DNA from: Christensenella sp. UBA7102
GTDB taxonomy: Bacteria; Bacillota; Clostridia; Christensenellales; UBA1750
Assembly (NCBI GenBank): GCA_002492415.1
Contig: DKYK01000031.1
Coordinates: 21,629 to 85,628, forward strand
Direction of reading: 5' to 3'
Length of the DNA: 64,000 nt
The notes beneath the pieces were generated by a model. That model had not been told where the DNA came from, did no database searches, and saw nothing but the letters and a program-made list of their open reading frames with translations. How positions within the stretch are numbered: position 1 is the first letter of the stretch; every line of letters begins with the position of its first letter. The translations under genes were made by a program, and so were the position numbers. Shown one piece after another: positions 36,769-45,970 of the stretch.

Positions 36769-36802
36769 TGCCCGGGAACATTTTCTGCCCGGGCGGTTTT
36801 TT
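36769..36802 (+). terminator. intrinsic terminator
   Basis: GCCCGGG-N12-CCCGGGC followed by GGTTTTTT. Confidence 0.6.
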
Positions 36803-36818
36803 GAAATGGGGTGAGAAT

Positions 36819-37373
36819 ATGGCGGAAATGCCGCGCTGTGCCTGGGCAAGGGGAGCGGAGAACATGATCCGATACCACGATGAAGAGTGGGGGATTCCCT
36901 GCCATGATGATCGGGTGCTGTTCGAATTCCTGCTGCTGGAGGGCTTTCAGGCGGGACTCTCCTGGGCGTGTATACTCAACAAGCGAGAGAACTTCCGCCG
37001 TGCGCTGGACGGCTTTGACCCGGTGAAAATCGCGGAATATGGGGAGGAGAAGATCGAGGAGCTGCTCGCCGACGCGAGCATCGTGCGCAGCCGCAGGAAG
37101 CTTATGGCAGCGGTGGGAAACGCGCGTGCCTTCCTTGCGATCCAGCGGGAGTTTGGATCATTTGACGCCTACCTGTGGGGCTTTACGAGCGGACAGGTGG
37201 TGCGGGAGCATGCGCTGCCCATGCCGGCGTCCACGGAATTGTCCGACCGCATCAGCTCAGATTTGAAAAAGCGAGGCATGAAGTATGTGGGCACGGTGAT
37301 CGTCTACTCTTTTTTGCAGGCGGTGGGCGTGGTGGACGACCACGAACCGGGCTGTTATTTGTACCAAAACTAG
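36819..37373 (+). CDS. tag: DNA-3-methyladenine glycosylase I
   Basis: ATG 36819. RCAWARGAENMIRYHDEEWGIPCHDDRVLFEFLLLEGFQAGLSWACIL is the characteristic Tag N-terminus, including the zinc-ligand Cys/His. Confidence 0.9.
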   Translation: MAEMPRCAWARGAENMIRYHDEEWGIPCHDDRVLFEFLLLEGFQAGLSWACILNKRENFRRALDGFDPVKIAEYGEEKIEELLADASIVRSRRKLMAAVGNARAFLAIQREFGSFDAYLWGFTSGQVVREHALPMPASTELSDRISSDLKKRGMKYVGTVIVYSFLQAVGVVDDHEPGCYLYQN

Positions 37374-37403
37374 AAAAAGTGCTCCGAACGGAGCACTTTT
37401 TTC
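37374..37403. terminator. bidirectional intrinsic terminator (tag / ABC permease convergent pair)
   Basis: AAAAAGTGCTCCG-AA-CGGAGCACTTTTTT. Confidence 0.85.
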
Positions 37404-37423
37404 TGTGAATTTTGCGTTGAAGA

Positions 37424-38248
37424 TCAGCCCTTGAGGCCGCCGGCCATGACGCCGTCAACAATGTAGCGCTGGCCGAAGATGTAGACCACGATCAGCGGAG
37501 CGGCTACGATGAGCAGGCCGGCCGCGGTCAGCGTCCAGTCGTTGGAATACTGGCCGGTGAACACGAACAGGCCGCGGGTGATGTTGTAGTTGGCCTCGCT
37601 GGTCAGATAAATGGTGGAGGAAACAATGTCATTCCATACGCCGATCATGCTCAGCATGCCCATGGAGACGATGGCGGGCTGTGCGAGGGGCACGATGCAG
37701 GTCAGCACATAGCGCAGATAGCCGCAGCCGTCGATGGAAGCGGCCTCGTCCAGCTCGCGCGGAATGGACTTGAAGTATCCCGTAAAAAAGAACACCGAAG
37801 TGGCGTTGACGCCCGTCATGACCAGCATGTAGCCGATCTTGGTGTCGTACAGCCCCATATTGAGCACCATCTGAAAGGTGGGAATCATGCCGTTGGGCAG
37901 GAACAGACCGCACAGGAACAGCAGATACAGGAAGCCCGCGCAGGGGATGTATTTGCGCGAGATGGGGAAGGCGATCAGCAGAGACAACAGAAGCGATGCC
38001 ACCGTGCACACGGCGGTGTAGAGCACCGAGTTGCCGATGTAAGCGCCGAAATTCGCCTTGTTCCACGCGGTAATGAAGTTGCCAAACTGCCAGGTGCTCG
38101 TCAGCGCGGTGGGATGCAGCATGTAATCCTGCGCGCTTTTGATGGAGGTATTGGCCACAAAGAACAGCGGGAAAAGATAGATGAATAGAAAGACGACCAT
38201 CAGCACGTAACAAAATACGCGGAAAGGAATGTTCTTGATCTTGCCCAT
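37424..38248 (-). CDS. carbohydrate ABC transporter permease (MalG-like)
   Basis: 274 aa, 6 TM segments. EAA loop (RELDEAASIDGCGYLRYVLTCIVP). The ATG overlaps the upstream stop (TAATG). Confidence 0.9.
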   Translation of the reverse strand: MGKIKNIPFRVFCYVLMVVFLFIYLFPLFFVANTSIKSAQDYMLHPTALTSTWQFGNFITAWNKANFGAYIGNSVLYTAVCTVASLLLSLLIAFPISRKYIPCAGFLYLLFLCGLFLPNGMIPTFQMVLNMGLYDTKIGYMLVMTGVNATSVFFFTGYFKSIPRELDEAASIDGCGYLRYVLTCIVPLAQPAIVSMGMLSMIGVWNDIVSSTIYLTSEANYNITRGLFVFTGQYSNDWTLTAAGLLIVAAPLIVVYIFGQRYIVDGVMAGGLKG

Positions 38249-39219
38249 TACGAATCCGCCTCCATTTTCTTCATGACCAACTGCGAGATGACGGTGACGA
38301 CCAGCACGCCCAGGAACAGGATCATGGACTCGGCAGCCGCATAGCCCTGGCGCATGCCGGCGACCGTGCCGCCGCTCGCCGTGGCGCCGCCGCCGCCAAA
38401 GGCCGTGGCGAACACCATCATGCCCAGCGTTGCGGTGTTGAAGGAACCGCGGGTGATGGTCATGATCAGTTCATAGCTCTGCAGCGAGCCGATGATGGCC
38501 AGCAGCGTATTGACCGTGACCGCAGACCAGATCAGCGGCAGCGTGATGCGCCAGAATACCTGCCACTCGTTCGCGCCGTCAATGTAGGCGGCCTCGTAGA
38601 GGTCTGCAGAGATGTTCTGCAGCGCAGCGAGGAAGATGACCATGGAATACCCCATGTTTTGCCAGATCTGAGCTGCAATGACCGCGGGGAAGGCATAGGT
38701 GTAGCTCGAGAGAATGGCTGGCGGGTTTTCTATGCCCAGCACGTTTTTCATGAACAGGAAGATGGGGCCGGTGGGCGTGGAGAACATCAGCTTCCAGATG
38801 GTGGATACCACCGCCGCGCCCAGGATCACGGGCATGAAGTAGACGGCGCGCGCAAAATTGCGGCCCTTGAGGAACTTGCCGTTTAGGATGACGGCCATCA
38901 GCAGCGCCAGCGCGTTCTGAATGAGCGTAACGGAGACGGCGTAGATCGCTGTGCGCCCCAGGGAAGCCTTGAGGTCACGGATGTTCTGCAGGATGAAGAA
39001 TTCCTTGTAGTTGGCCCAGCCTACCCAGCTCCACGAGGAGCCAGGAATGCCCGAGATGTCAGTAAAGGACAGCACCGCGGTCATCGCGGAAGGGAAGAGC
39101 CGGAAAATGGTGTAATGCAGCAACCCGGGCAGCATGCACAGGAACACGATCCAAATGGGAAAGGTGCGGATGTGCTTGCGCCTGCGAGGTGCGTTGACAG
39201 CCGAGTGGTTGGCCTGCAT
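38248..39219 (-). CDS. carbohydrate ABC transporter permease (MalF-like)
   Basis: 323 aa. AAGGAGG SD. EAA loop (YEAAYIDGANEWQVFWRITLP). Confidence 0.9.
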   Translation of the reverse strand: MQANHSAVNAPRRRKHIRTFPIWIVFLCMLPGLLHYTIFRLFPSAMTAVLSFTDISGIPGSSWSWVGWANYKEFFILQNIRDLKASLGRTAIYAVSVTLIQNALALLMAVILNGKFLKGRNFARAVYFMPVILGAAVVSTIWKLMFSTPTGPIFLFMKNVLGIENPPAILSSYTYAFPAVIAAQIWQNMGYSMVIFLAALQNISADLYEAAYIDGANEWQVFWRITLPLIWSAVTVNTLLAIIGSLQSYELIMTITRGSFNTATLGMMVFATAFGGGGATASGGTVAGMRQGYAAAESMILFLGVLVVTVISQLVMKKMEADS

Positions 39220-39302
39220 GAGGAGACGCCTCCTTTTCGGTTTGGGATTCTAAAAAGGGGGCGAATCCGATCGCCCCCCGAAAGCATGCAATATGGATGT
39301 TT

Positions 39303-40712
39303 TTACTCAGCCAGAGAGGCCAGAGCGGCTCTTGCGGTGTCAAAGTCCTCGTCAGCCTTCTGCGCGAGCTCCTCAGCGGTCAGCGGACCGCCCAGGGTCT
39401 TGAGGTACAGGAAGGAGAATTGGCCGGAGCCGTACTCGCCAACGCCCTTGGGAGAGTAGATGTACATCTCGGCGTTGAGGCAGGGCTTCTGCAGGCCGCT
39501 GGCCAGAGAGTTCAGGAACTCATTTTCCAGAGTCACGTCCTGGGTAGGCGTAAAGCCGATGGCGTTGAGGAACGCGGTGTAAACGTCCTTGCGGGAAACA
39601 TACTCCAGGAAAGCCTTGGCGCCTTCTACGTTGGGCGCGTTGGTGGGGATGGCAAAGGACAGGTCATACTTGATGCCGTACTGGGGATCCAAGCCGTCCG
39701 CACGGGCGTTGACGCCGGGCAGCGGGAAGTAGCCAAAGTCGATGTCGGGGTTGGCTTTCTGGATGTCGGCAAAGGACCAGGCGCCATCGGCGTACATGGC
39801 CATGTTGCCAAGCGCGAAGCGGCCGGGAGCATCAGAGTAGGCGATGCCGGTGACGCCGGGCTCGAGATAGGCGGCGAACTGCTCCATGCAGTCGTAGACC
39901 AGCTTGACCTCAGGGTCGGTGTGCTTCATCTCGCCGGTGAGCAGCTTCATGCCGATCTGCTCGGCGTCGTCGCCATAGTTGGCGGAGAGGATGGCGTTGG
40001 CGAACATGTTCAGCGGCCACTGGTCGGCAGCGCCGGCGGACAGCACGGAATAACGGCCGTCAGCCTTGACCGCTTCGCAAACGGCGATGAACTCGTCCCA
40101 GGTCTTGGGAACTTCCAGGCCCAGCTCGGTGAAGATGGCCTTGTTGTAGAACAGGCCGCTGTAGGCCACGACGCCCATGTTCAGGCTGTACAGGCGATCG
40201 TTGTACGCGTTGCCCATCAGGGTGTCCACGTTGTAATTCTGAATGTAGGGCTCGTCGGTCAGGTCGGTGAGCAGACCTTCGTCAATATACTGCTGCCAAG
40301 CGGGCTTGTCGATGGAATCCTTGTTCCAATCGGCCTGGGGCCTGGAGAAGGTCTGGAAGGAAACGATGTCCACATTGGCGGCGGAGATGCGGGTCTGGAT
40401 GACCTGATCGATCTCGCCGGAGGGAACCTCGGTCACAACCAGCTGGTGCTGGGGATAGGCCTCGTGGAAAGCGTCCACAATGCTCTTGAGGTACTCGACG
40501 GTGGCAGCGTTGGACCAGGTCAGAACCTCGACGGGAGTGCCTTCACTGGAGTCGGCGGGCGCGTCCGCAGCGGGCTTATCGGCATTGGGCTTATCGGCAT
40601 TGGGCTTATCGGCGGCGGGGGCGCCGCCGGTGGTGCCGCCCGAGCAGGCGGTCAGCGCTGCGACCATCAGCACAGCCAGCAGCACACACAGAATCTTGCG
40701 CAGTTTAAGCAT
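39303..40712 (-). CDS. ABC transporter extracellular solute-binding lipoprotein (family 1, sugar)
   Basis: ATG 40712 (MLKLRKILCVLLAVLMVAALTACSG lipobox) follows an AAGGAGGA SD. A repetitive ADKPN linker precedes an SBP_bac_1-like body. Confidence 0.9.
   Translation of the reverse strand: MLKLRKILCVLLAVLMVAALTACSGGTTGGAPAADKPNADKPNADKPAADAPADSSEGTPVEVLTWSNAATVEYLKSIVDAFHEAYPQHQLVVTEVPSGEIDQVIQTRISAANVDIVSFQTFSRPQADWNKDSIDKPAWQQYIDEGLLTDLTDEPYIQNYNVDTLMGNAYNDRLYSLNMGVVAYSGLFYNKAIFTELGLEVPKTWDEFIAVCEAVKADGRYSVLSAGAADQWPLNMFANAILSANYGDDAEQIGMKLLTGEMKHTDPEVKLVYDCMEQFAAYLEPGVTGIAYSDAPGRFALGNMAMYADGAWSFADIQKANPDIDFGYFPLPGVNARADGLDPQYGIKYDLSFAIPTNAPNVEGAKAFLEYVSRKDVYTAFLNAIGFTPTQDVTLENEFLNSLASGLQKPCLNAEMYIYSPKGVGEYGSGQFSFLYLKTLGGPLTAEELAQKADEDFDTARAALASLAE
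40572..40613. repeat. 15-bp tandem repeat (2.8 copies) inside the SBP linker
   Basis: GGGCTTATCGGCATT x2 plus GGGCTTATCGGC. On the coding strand it encodes (NADKP)n just after the lipobox. Confidence 0.9.
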
Positions 40713-40871
40713 ACGTTCATCCTCCTTATGTATTCGGGTGAGTTTACAAACATAGAATATCATTAACAAAAAAGTTACACAATATAAAATTCCTTCTCGG
40801 CCCGTTCCGTTAAAATTCACGATTTTGCGGGGAAAGCTTTGTAAAAATATGCTTATGTCGCCGCTGCGCTC

Positions 40872-40900
40872 TTGACAGCGGGCAAAAGAGCGAGTATGAT
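40872..40900 (+). promoter_or_regulatory. sigma-A-like promoter of the T-box/aspS operon
   Basis: TTGACA (40872-40877), 17-nt spacer, TATGAT (40895-40900). Confidence 0.65.
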
Positions 40901-40905
40901 TGCGA

Positions 40906-41211
40906 CATTAAAGGCAGTGATGGAGAATGCCTTGCGGGACCCGGCAGCAGAGAGGCGATGTCGTCGGCTGAAAGCATCGCGTGGCCGCAGCGCAGGGGGA
41001 ACACTCCGTAGCCGAGACTTCGAAAGCCCGGATAAGGACGAGTAGGGGTCTACGCAGAGCCGGGCGTTACAGCGGCGACGAGCGGTTACATAAAGGCACG
41101 GTCAATGGCGACGCGCGCAGCTTTATGCGACAAATCGGGTGGTACCGCGGGGTAGCAATTTGGGTTATTCCGTCCCTTGGGGAGAAGTATACTCCTCAGG
41201 GGATTTTTTTT
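40906..41211 (+). promoter_or_regulatory. T-box riboswitch leader, candidate Asn (AAC) specifier
   Basis: AGUGA K-turn element (40916-40920) and AGAGAG AG-bay (40949-40954). The specifier loop GGGGGAACA (40995-41003) carries AAC at 41000-41002 followed by the conserved purine A, directly before the closing helix CUCC. T-box sequence AAUCGGGUGGUACCGCGG (41133-41150). Terminator at 41173-41211. Confidence 0.85.
41173..41211 (+). terminator. T-box attenuator terminator
   Basis: TCCCTTGGGGAG-AAGTATA-CTCCTCAGGGGA (12 bp, 2 G-U pairs) followed by T8. Confidence 0.85.
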
Positions 41212-41263
41212 ATTGTTTTCCCCAATACGTGGTACAAGGACAAAAAGGAAAGGAGAAAAGCTT

Positions 41264-42589
41264 ATGCAGACGACAACCGGAAAAAGACAGGAACAATGGA
41301 CGATCCAGCGCGTGTTGGAGGAAAAACCGGGCAATTCCATCGAGCTGCGGGGCTGCATCCATCACATTCGTGACATGGCGGAGTTCGCCTTCATCATTCT
41401 ACGCCGGTATGACGGCACGGTTCAGTGCGTGCTTGATGCTGCGCGCATGGACATTGCTGCGCAGGAACTGACCGATGGCATGTGCGTGGCCGTGACGGGC
41501 CCTGTGGCGTTTGACCAGCGCGCGCCGCACGGGTTCGAGCTGCGCGTGGAGAGCTTACGCGTGCTGAGCCGCCCGACAGGGGCGTTGGAGGCGCCGGTGC
41601 ACAAGTATAAGCTCAATCTGGGATTAGAGAGCGATTTGAACGTCCGCCCGGTATCCTTGCGCAATCTGAGAAAGCGCGCGGTGTTTAAAATACAGGAGGG
41701 AATCGTGCGGGGATTCCGGGAGTTCCTGCACGGCGAAGGGTTTACGGAGATCCACAGCCCCAAAATCGTAAAGGTGGGCGCGGAGGGCGGCGCCAATATA
41801 TTTAAGCTGGACTACTTTGGACAGAAGGCGTTCCTCGCGCAGTCACCGCAGTTCTACAAGCAAACGATGGTGGGGGTGTTCGACCGGGTGTTTGAGGTAG
41901 GACCGGTGTTCCGCGCCGAAAAGCACGCCACCACGCGGCACCTGAACGAGTATACCTCATTGGATTTTGAAATGGGCTACATCGACAGCTTCGCCGATGT
42001 GATGGAGATGGAGACGGCGATGCTGCAGCATGTGATGGCGGTGTTGAAAAGCGAGTATGCGCCGCAGCTGGAGCTGCTTTCCGTTGCGTTGCCCAAGGTG
42101 GAGAGTATCCCGCAGGTGACGTTCGTTCGGGCCAAGGAGATGGTGGCGGAGAAGTACAACCGGAAAATCCGCGACCCGCACGACCTTGAGCCGGAGGAGG
42201 AGCAGCTGATTGGACAGCTGTTCCAAGAGGAATACGGCGCAGACTTTGTGTTTGTGACGCACTACCCCACCAAAAAGCGCCCCTTCTATGCGATGGATGA
42301 CCCTGAGGATCCCAAGCACACGCTGTCCTTTGACTTGCTGCTGCGCGGCATGGAGGTCACCACCGGCGGCCAGCGCATCCATGATTACGACATGCAGATT
42401 GCGAAAATGGAACGACTGCACATGAACGTTGCGGACTTTGAGAGCTACCTGATGGCGCACAAGAACGGCCTGCCGCCGCACGGCGGATTGGGCATCGGAC
42501 TGGAACGGTTGACGATGAAGCTCATCGGCGAGAGCAACATCCGCGAGGCGACGCTGTTCCCGCGGGACATCAATCGGCTGATCCCGTGA
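41264..42589 (+). CDS. aspS: aspartate--tRNA ligase, short archaeal/eukaryal-type (probably non-discriminating)
   Basis: ATG 41264 (MQTTTGKRQEQW) follows a GGAAAGGAGAA SD, giving 441 aa. Class II motifs FRAEKHATTRHLNEYTSLDFEM and GGLGIGLERLTM. The size implies it lacks the insertion domain of bacterial-type AspRS. Confidence 0.9.
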   Translation: MQTTTGKRQEQWTIQRVLEEKPGNSIELRGCIHHIRDMAEFAFIILRRYDGTVQCVLDAARMDIAAQELTDGMCVAVTGPVAFDQRAPHGFELRVESLRVLSRPTGALEAPVHKYKLNLGLESDLNVRPVSLRNLRKRAVFKIQEGIVRGFREFLHGEGFTEIHSPKIVKVGAEGGANIFKLDYFGQKAFLAQSPQFYKQTMVGVFDRVFEVGPVFRAEKHATTRHLNEYTSLDFEMGYIDSFADVMEMETAMLQHVMAVLKSEYAPQLELLSVALPKVESIPQVTFVRAKEMVAEKYNRKIRDPHDLEPEEEQLIGQLFQEEYGADFVFVTHYPTKKRPFYAMDDPEDPKHTLSFDLLLRGMEVTTGGQRIHDYDMQIAKMERLHMNVADFESYLMAHKNGLPPHGGLGIGLERLTMKLIGESNIREATLFPRDINRLIP

Positions 42590-42620
42590 CGCAACCGGAT
42601 GTGGAAGGAGAAATGGCGCT

Positions 42621-42902
42621 ATGGATGAAAGAACGCTGGAATACATTGCGGAGCTGTCGCGCTTGGCGCTGCCGCAGGAGGAAAAGGCAGAACTGCTCGC
42701 GCAGATGCAGCAGATACTGGACTACATGGAGCTGCTGGGCGCCGTGGACACGGAGCACGCCGAGCCGCTGATCCAGGCGGCAGGACTGAAGAACGTGTTC
42801 CGCGAGGACGTGGTGCAGCCCTCTTATGACCGCGAGCGCCTGATGGCGAACGCGAAGAAGAAGCTGGACGGCGCGTACCAGGTGCCGCGCACGGTGGAAT
42901 AG
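42621..42902 (+). CDS. gatC: Asp-tRNA(Asn)/Glu-tRNA(Gln) amidotransferase subunit C
   Basis: 93 aa. The sequence IAELSRLALPQEEKAELLAQMQQILDYMELLGAVDTEHAEP is typical of GatC. Confidence 0.9.
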   Translation: MDERTLEYIAELSRLALPQEEKAELLAQMQQILDYMELLGAVDTEHAEPLIQAAGLKNVFREDVVQPSYDRERLMANAKKKLDGAYQVPRTVE

Positions 42903-42915
42903 GAGGGGAAAGGAC

Positions 42916-44379
42916 ATGAACTACACGCAGAGCACGGCGCTGGAGATGGCGCGGGCAATCCGGGAGGGCAAGGTCACGTCCCCGGAGCTGGTGCAGGCGG
43001 CAAAGGCGCGCATTGAGGACGTGGACGGCAGTATCCGCGCGATGACGGCACTGGACTGGGAAGCGGCGATGCGGCGCGCCGAAGAAGTACAGGCGCGCAT
43101 CGATCGTGGCGAGGACATGGGGCGGCTTGCGGGTGTGCCCATGGCGATTAAGGATAACATCTGCATGCGCGGGCTGCCCGCGGCGTGCGGCTCGAAGATG
43201 CTGCTGGAATTTAACCCGCCGTATGACGCGACGGCGGTGGATAAACTGCAGGGTGCGGGCGCGGTGATTGTGGGCCACACCAACATGGACGAATTTGCGA
43301 TGGGCAGCACCACGGAGACGTCTTTTCACGGCGCGACGCACAACCCATGGAACCTGCAGAAGACCCCCGGCGGGTCGTCGGGCGGGTCGGCGGCGGCGGT
43401 GGCGGCCTGCGAGCTGCCCTGCGCGCTGGGGTCGGATACCGGCGGATCCATCCGCCAGCCGGCTGCCTTCTGCGGCGTGACGGGCTTTAAGCCGACTTAC
43501 GGCGCGGTGTCGCGCTACGGGCTGATCGCGTATGCGTCCAGCCTGGACCAGATCGGACCGCTGGCGCGCGACGCGGCGGACTGCGCGGCGATCTACGACA
43601 TCATTCATGGAAAAGACGTGCACGACGCGACCACGGTGGACTCCGTGTGCGGCGCGCTGGACGCGCTGGACGGCGGCATTTGCGGGCTGCGCGTGGGCGT
43701 GCCGGAAGAGTATTTTGCAAAAGGGCTGGATGAGGACGTGCGGGCACGGGTGCTGGAGACGGCAGAGACGTTGAAGGGTTTGGGTGCGCAGGTGGAAAAC
43801 TTCTCGCTGGGCATGGTCAAATACGCAGTGCCCGCCTACTACATCCTGGCGTGCGCCGAAGCGTCGAGCAACTTGTCGCGCTTTGACGGCATCAAGTACG
43901 GCTACCGCGCGGACGAGGCGGAAGACATTGTGTCGCTGATGAGCAGAAGCCGCACGGAAGGTTTTGGCAAAGAGGTGCGCAGGCGCATCCTGCTGGGCAC
44001 GTTCGTGCTGTCGTCTGGATATTACGACGCATACTACGTCAAGGCGCTGAAGGTCAAGGCGCTCATCAAGCAGGCGTTTGACGCGGCGTTTGCAAAGTAT
44101 GACGTGATCCTGTCGCCTGCGGCGCCCACCACGGCGCTGGGCATTGGACAGTCGCTGTCCGATCCGCTGAAGATGTATCTGGGCGACATCTACACGGTCT
44201 CGGTCAACCTTGCGGGGCTGCCGGCAGTGACTTTCCCCTGTGGATTTGACCGGGACGGCATGCCGGTGGGCGCGCAGTTGATCGGGCCGGCACATGGAGA
44301 TAAGACCGTGCTGCGCGCGGCGGACGCGTTCCAGCGCGCGACGCGGTTTCACAAGATGACGAAGGGAGGCGCGCTGTGA
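42916..44379 (+). CDS. gatA: Asp-tRNA(Asn)/Glu-tRNA(Gln) amidotransferase subunit A
   Basis: 487 aa. Amidase signature GGSSGGSAAAVA...GSDTGGSIRQPA. GGAGGGGAAAGG SD. Confidence 0.95.
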   Translation: MNYTQSTALEMARAIREGKVTSPELVQAAKARIEDVDGSIRAMTALDWEAAMRRAEEVQARIDRGEDMGRLAGVPMAIKDNICMRGLPAACGSKMLLEFNPPYDATAVDKLQGAGAVIVGHTNMDEFAMGSTTETSFHGATHNPWNLQKTPGGSSGGSAAAVAACELPCALGSDTGGSIRQPAAFCGVTGFKPTYGAVSRYGLIAYASSLDQIGPLARDAADCAAIYDIIHGKDVHDATTVDSVCGALDALDGGICGLRVGVPEEYFAKGLDEDVRARVLETAETLKGLGAQVENFSLGMVKYAVPAYYILACAEASSNLSRFDGIKYGYRADEAEDIVSLMSRSRTEGFGKEVRRRILLGTFVLSSGYYDAYYVKALKVKALIKQAFDAAFAKYDVILSPAAPTTALGIGQSLSDPLKMYLGDIYTVSVNLAGLPAVTFPCGFDRDGMPVGAQLIGPAHGDKTVLRAADAFQRATRFHKMTKGGAL

Positions 44380-45812
44380 TGAAGTGGGAGCTGGTTTGCG
44401 GTCTTGAGGTGCATGTGGAGATGAACACACGCACCAAGATATTCTGCGGCTGCACGACGGAGTTCGGCGGCGCGCCCAACACGCATGTGTGCCCCGTGTG
44501 CACCGGTCAGCCGGGCGCGCTGCCCGTGCTCAACCGCCAGGTGGTGGAAAACGCGATGATGACGGGGCTTGCGCTGGGCTGCGACATCACGCGGCTGACG
44601 CGCTTTGACCGAAAGAACTACTTTTATCCCGACCTGCCCAAGGCGTATCAGATCAGCCAGCTGTACGCGCCCATCTGCACCAAGGGCGGCATCGAGGTTA
44701 CGACCGAAGAGGGGAAGAAGAAATTCATCCGCTTGCACGAGATCCATATGGAAGAGGACGCGGGCAAACTGGTGCACGACCCGTGGACGGAGAGTACGCT
44801 GTGCGATTACAACCGCTGCGGCGTGCCGCTGATGGAGATTGTGACCGAGCCGGACTTCCGCTCGGCGCACGAGGTGATTGACTTCTTGACGAAGCTGCGC
44901 AGCACGCTGCAGTTTCTGGGTGTGTCGGACTGCAAGATGCAGGAGGGCTCCATCCGCGCTGACCTGAACATATCCGTGCGGCCCGCGGGCGGCGACAAGC
45001 TGGGCACGCGCACCGAGATGAAGAACATGAACTCCTTCAAGGCCATCGCCCGCGCCATCGACACCGAGGCCAGGCGCCAGATCGAGACGCTGGAGTCGGG
45101 CAATAAAGTGGTGCAGGAGACGCGCCGCTGGGACGACAACAAAGACGCGTCCTTCGCGATGCGCTCCAAGGAGAACGCGCAGGACTACCGCTACTTTCCC
45201 GAGCCCGACCTGCCGCCGGTGTACATTGACGACGCGTGGCTGGACAAGGTGCGGGGCAGCCTGCCCGAGCTGGCTGACGCCAAGCGTGTGCGCTATCGCG
45301 AGCAGTACAGGCTGACGGAGCACGACATCGGCATACTGTGCCAGAGCGCGCGACTGTGCAGGCTACTCGAGGAGCTGGTGGCGCTGGGCACGGAGCCCAA
45401 GGAGGCCGCCAACTGGATCCTTAGCGAGGTACTGCGGCTGTGCAAGGAGGCGGGCTTGGACGCGGGCGACCTGCAGCTGGACGCGGGCAGGCTGGCGCAC
45501 ATCATAGAGCTTTTGACCGCGGGCAAGCTGACGCGCGCGTCGGCCCGGCAGGCGCTGGAGGCGGTGTTTGCAGACGACGCGGACGTGGACGCATTCATCC
45601 GGGAGAAGGGGCTGCTGGTGGAGCGCGACGCGGGCGCTGTGGCGGCGGCGGTAGATCAGGTGCTGCGCGACAACCCCGACGCGGTGAAGAAGTTCCGCAC
45701 GGGCAACGAAAAGGTCTACGGCTTTTTAACGGGCCAGTGCATGAAGCTGCTGCGCGGCAAGGCCGACCCCAAGGACGTCAACGCGGCGCTGCGCGAGGCG
45801 CTTGCCCAATAG
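44379..45812 (+). CDS. gatB: Asp-tRNA(Asn)/Glu-tRNA(Gln) amidotransferase subunit B
   Basis: ATG 44379 overlaps the gatA stop by 1 nt (GTGATG); the track uses GTG 44376. The N-terminus MKWELVCGLEVHVEMNTRTKIFCGC is typical of GatB. Confidence 0.95.
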   Translation: MKWELVCGLEVHVEMNTRTKIFCGCTTEFGGAPNTHVCPVCTGQPGALPVLNRQVVENAMMTGLALGCDITRLTRFDRKNYFYPDLPKAYQISQLYAPICTKGGIEVTTEEGKKKFIRLHEIHMEEDAGKLVHDPWTESTLCDYNRCGVPLMEIVTEPDFRSAHEVIDFLTKLRSTLQFLGVSDCKMQEGSIRADLNISVRPAGGDKLGTRTEMKNMNSFKAIARAIDTEARRQIETLESGNKVVQETRRWDDNKDASFAMRSKENAQDYRYFPEPDLPPVYIDDAWLDKVRGSLPELADAKRVRYREQYRLTEHDIGILCQSARLCRLLEELVALGTEPKEAANWILSEVLRLCKEAGLDAGDLQLDAGRLAHIIELLTAGKLTRASARQALEAVFADDADVDAFIREKGLLVERDAGAVAAAVDQVLRDNPDAVKKFRTGNEKVYGFLTGQCMKLLRGKADPKDVNAALREALAQ

Positions 45813-45834
45813 CGTATATAAATAGAATAGAAAA

Positions 45835-45876
45835 AGAGATGCGGTTTCGTGAGGAATCGCATCTCTGCAGATTTTT
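45835..45876 (+). terminator. intrinsic terminator after gatB
   Basis: AGAGATGCG-N14-CGCATCTCT followed by GCAGATTTTT. Confidence 0.75.
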
Positions 45877-45970
45877 GGAGGAATTTGCTTGATTTATCTG
45901 AATCGATCCAGTAACATACAGCGGGAAACGGTGCTTAATTGAGTGAGAGACAAAATATGGAGGTGAGAGC

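Noticed and set aside
36769-36802. Direct repeat TGCCCGGG...TGCCCGGG considered as a repeat element.
   Set aside because: CCCGGG is self-complementary, so the two copies simply form a 7-bp GC stem followed by T6, i.e. an ordinary terminator.
37424-40712. ABC importer operon lacking an ATPase gene, considered as a possible degraded system.
   Set aside because: CUT1-type sugar importers in Firmicutes commonly share a separately encoded MsmK-type ATPase. All three genes are intact and have good SDs.
40995-41020. Alternative T-box specifier readings: CAC (His, 41002-41004) or GAC (Asp, 41015-41017).
   Set aside because: In my hand fold, AAC+A occupies the canonical position at the 3' end of the specifier loop, directly before the closing helix. 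CAC would extend into the helix, and GAC lies outside Stem I. This still needs covariance-model confirmation.
42619-44430. 603-aa minus-strand ORF, the longest unexplained ORF in the track.
   Set aside because: It is exactly antisense to gatA and gatC. The product is Arg/Ala/Pro/His-rich with no motifs and no SD. This is the classic GC-rich antisense open frame.
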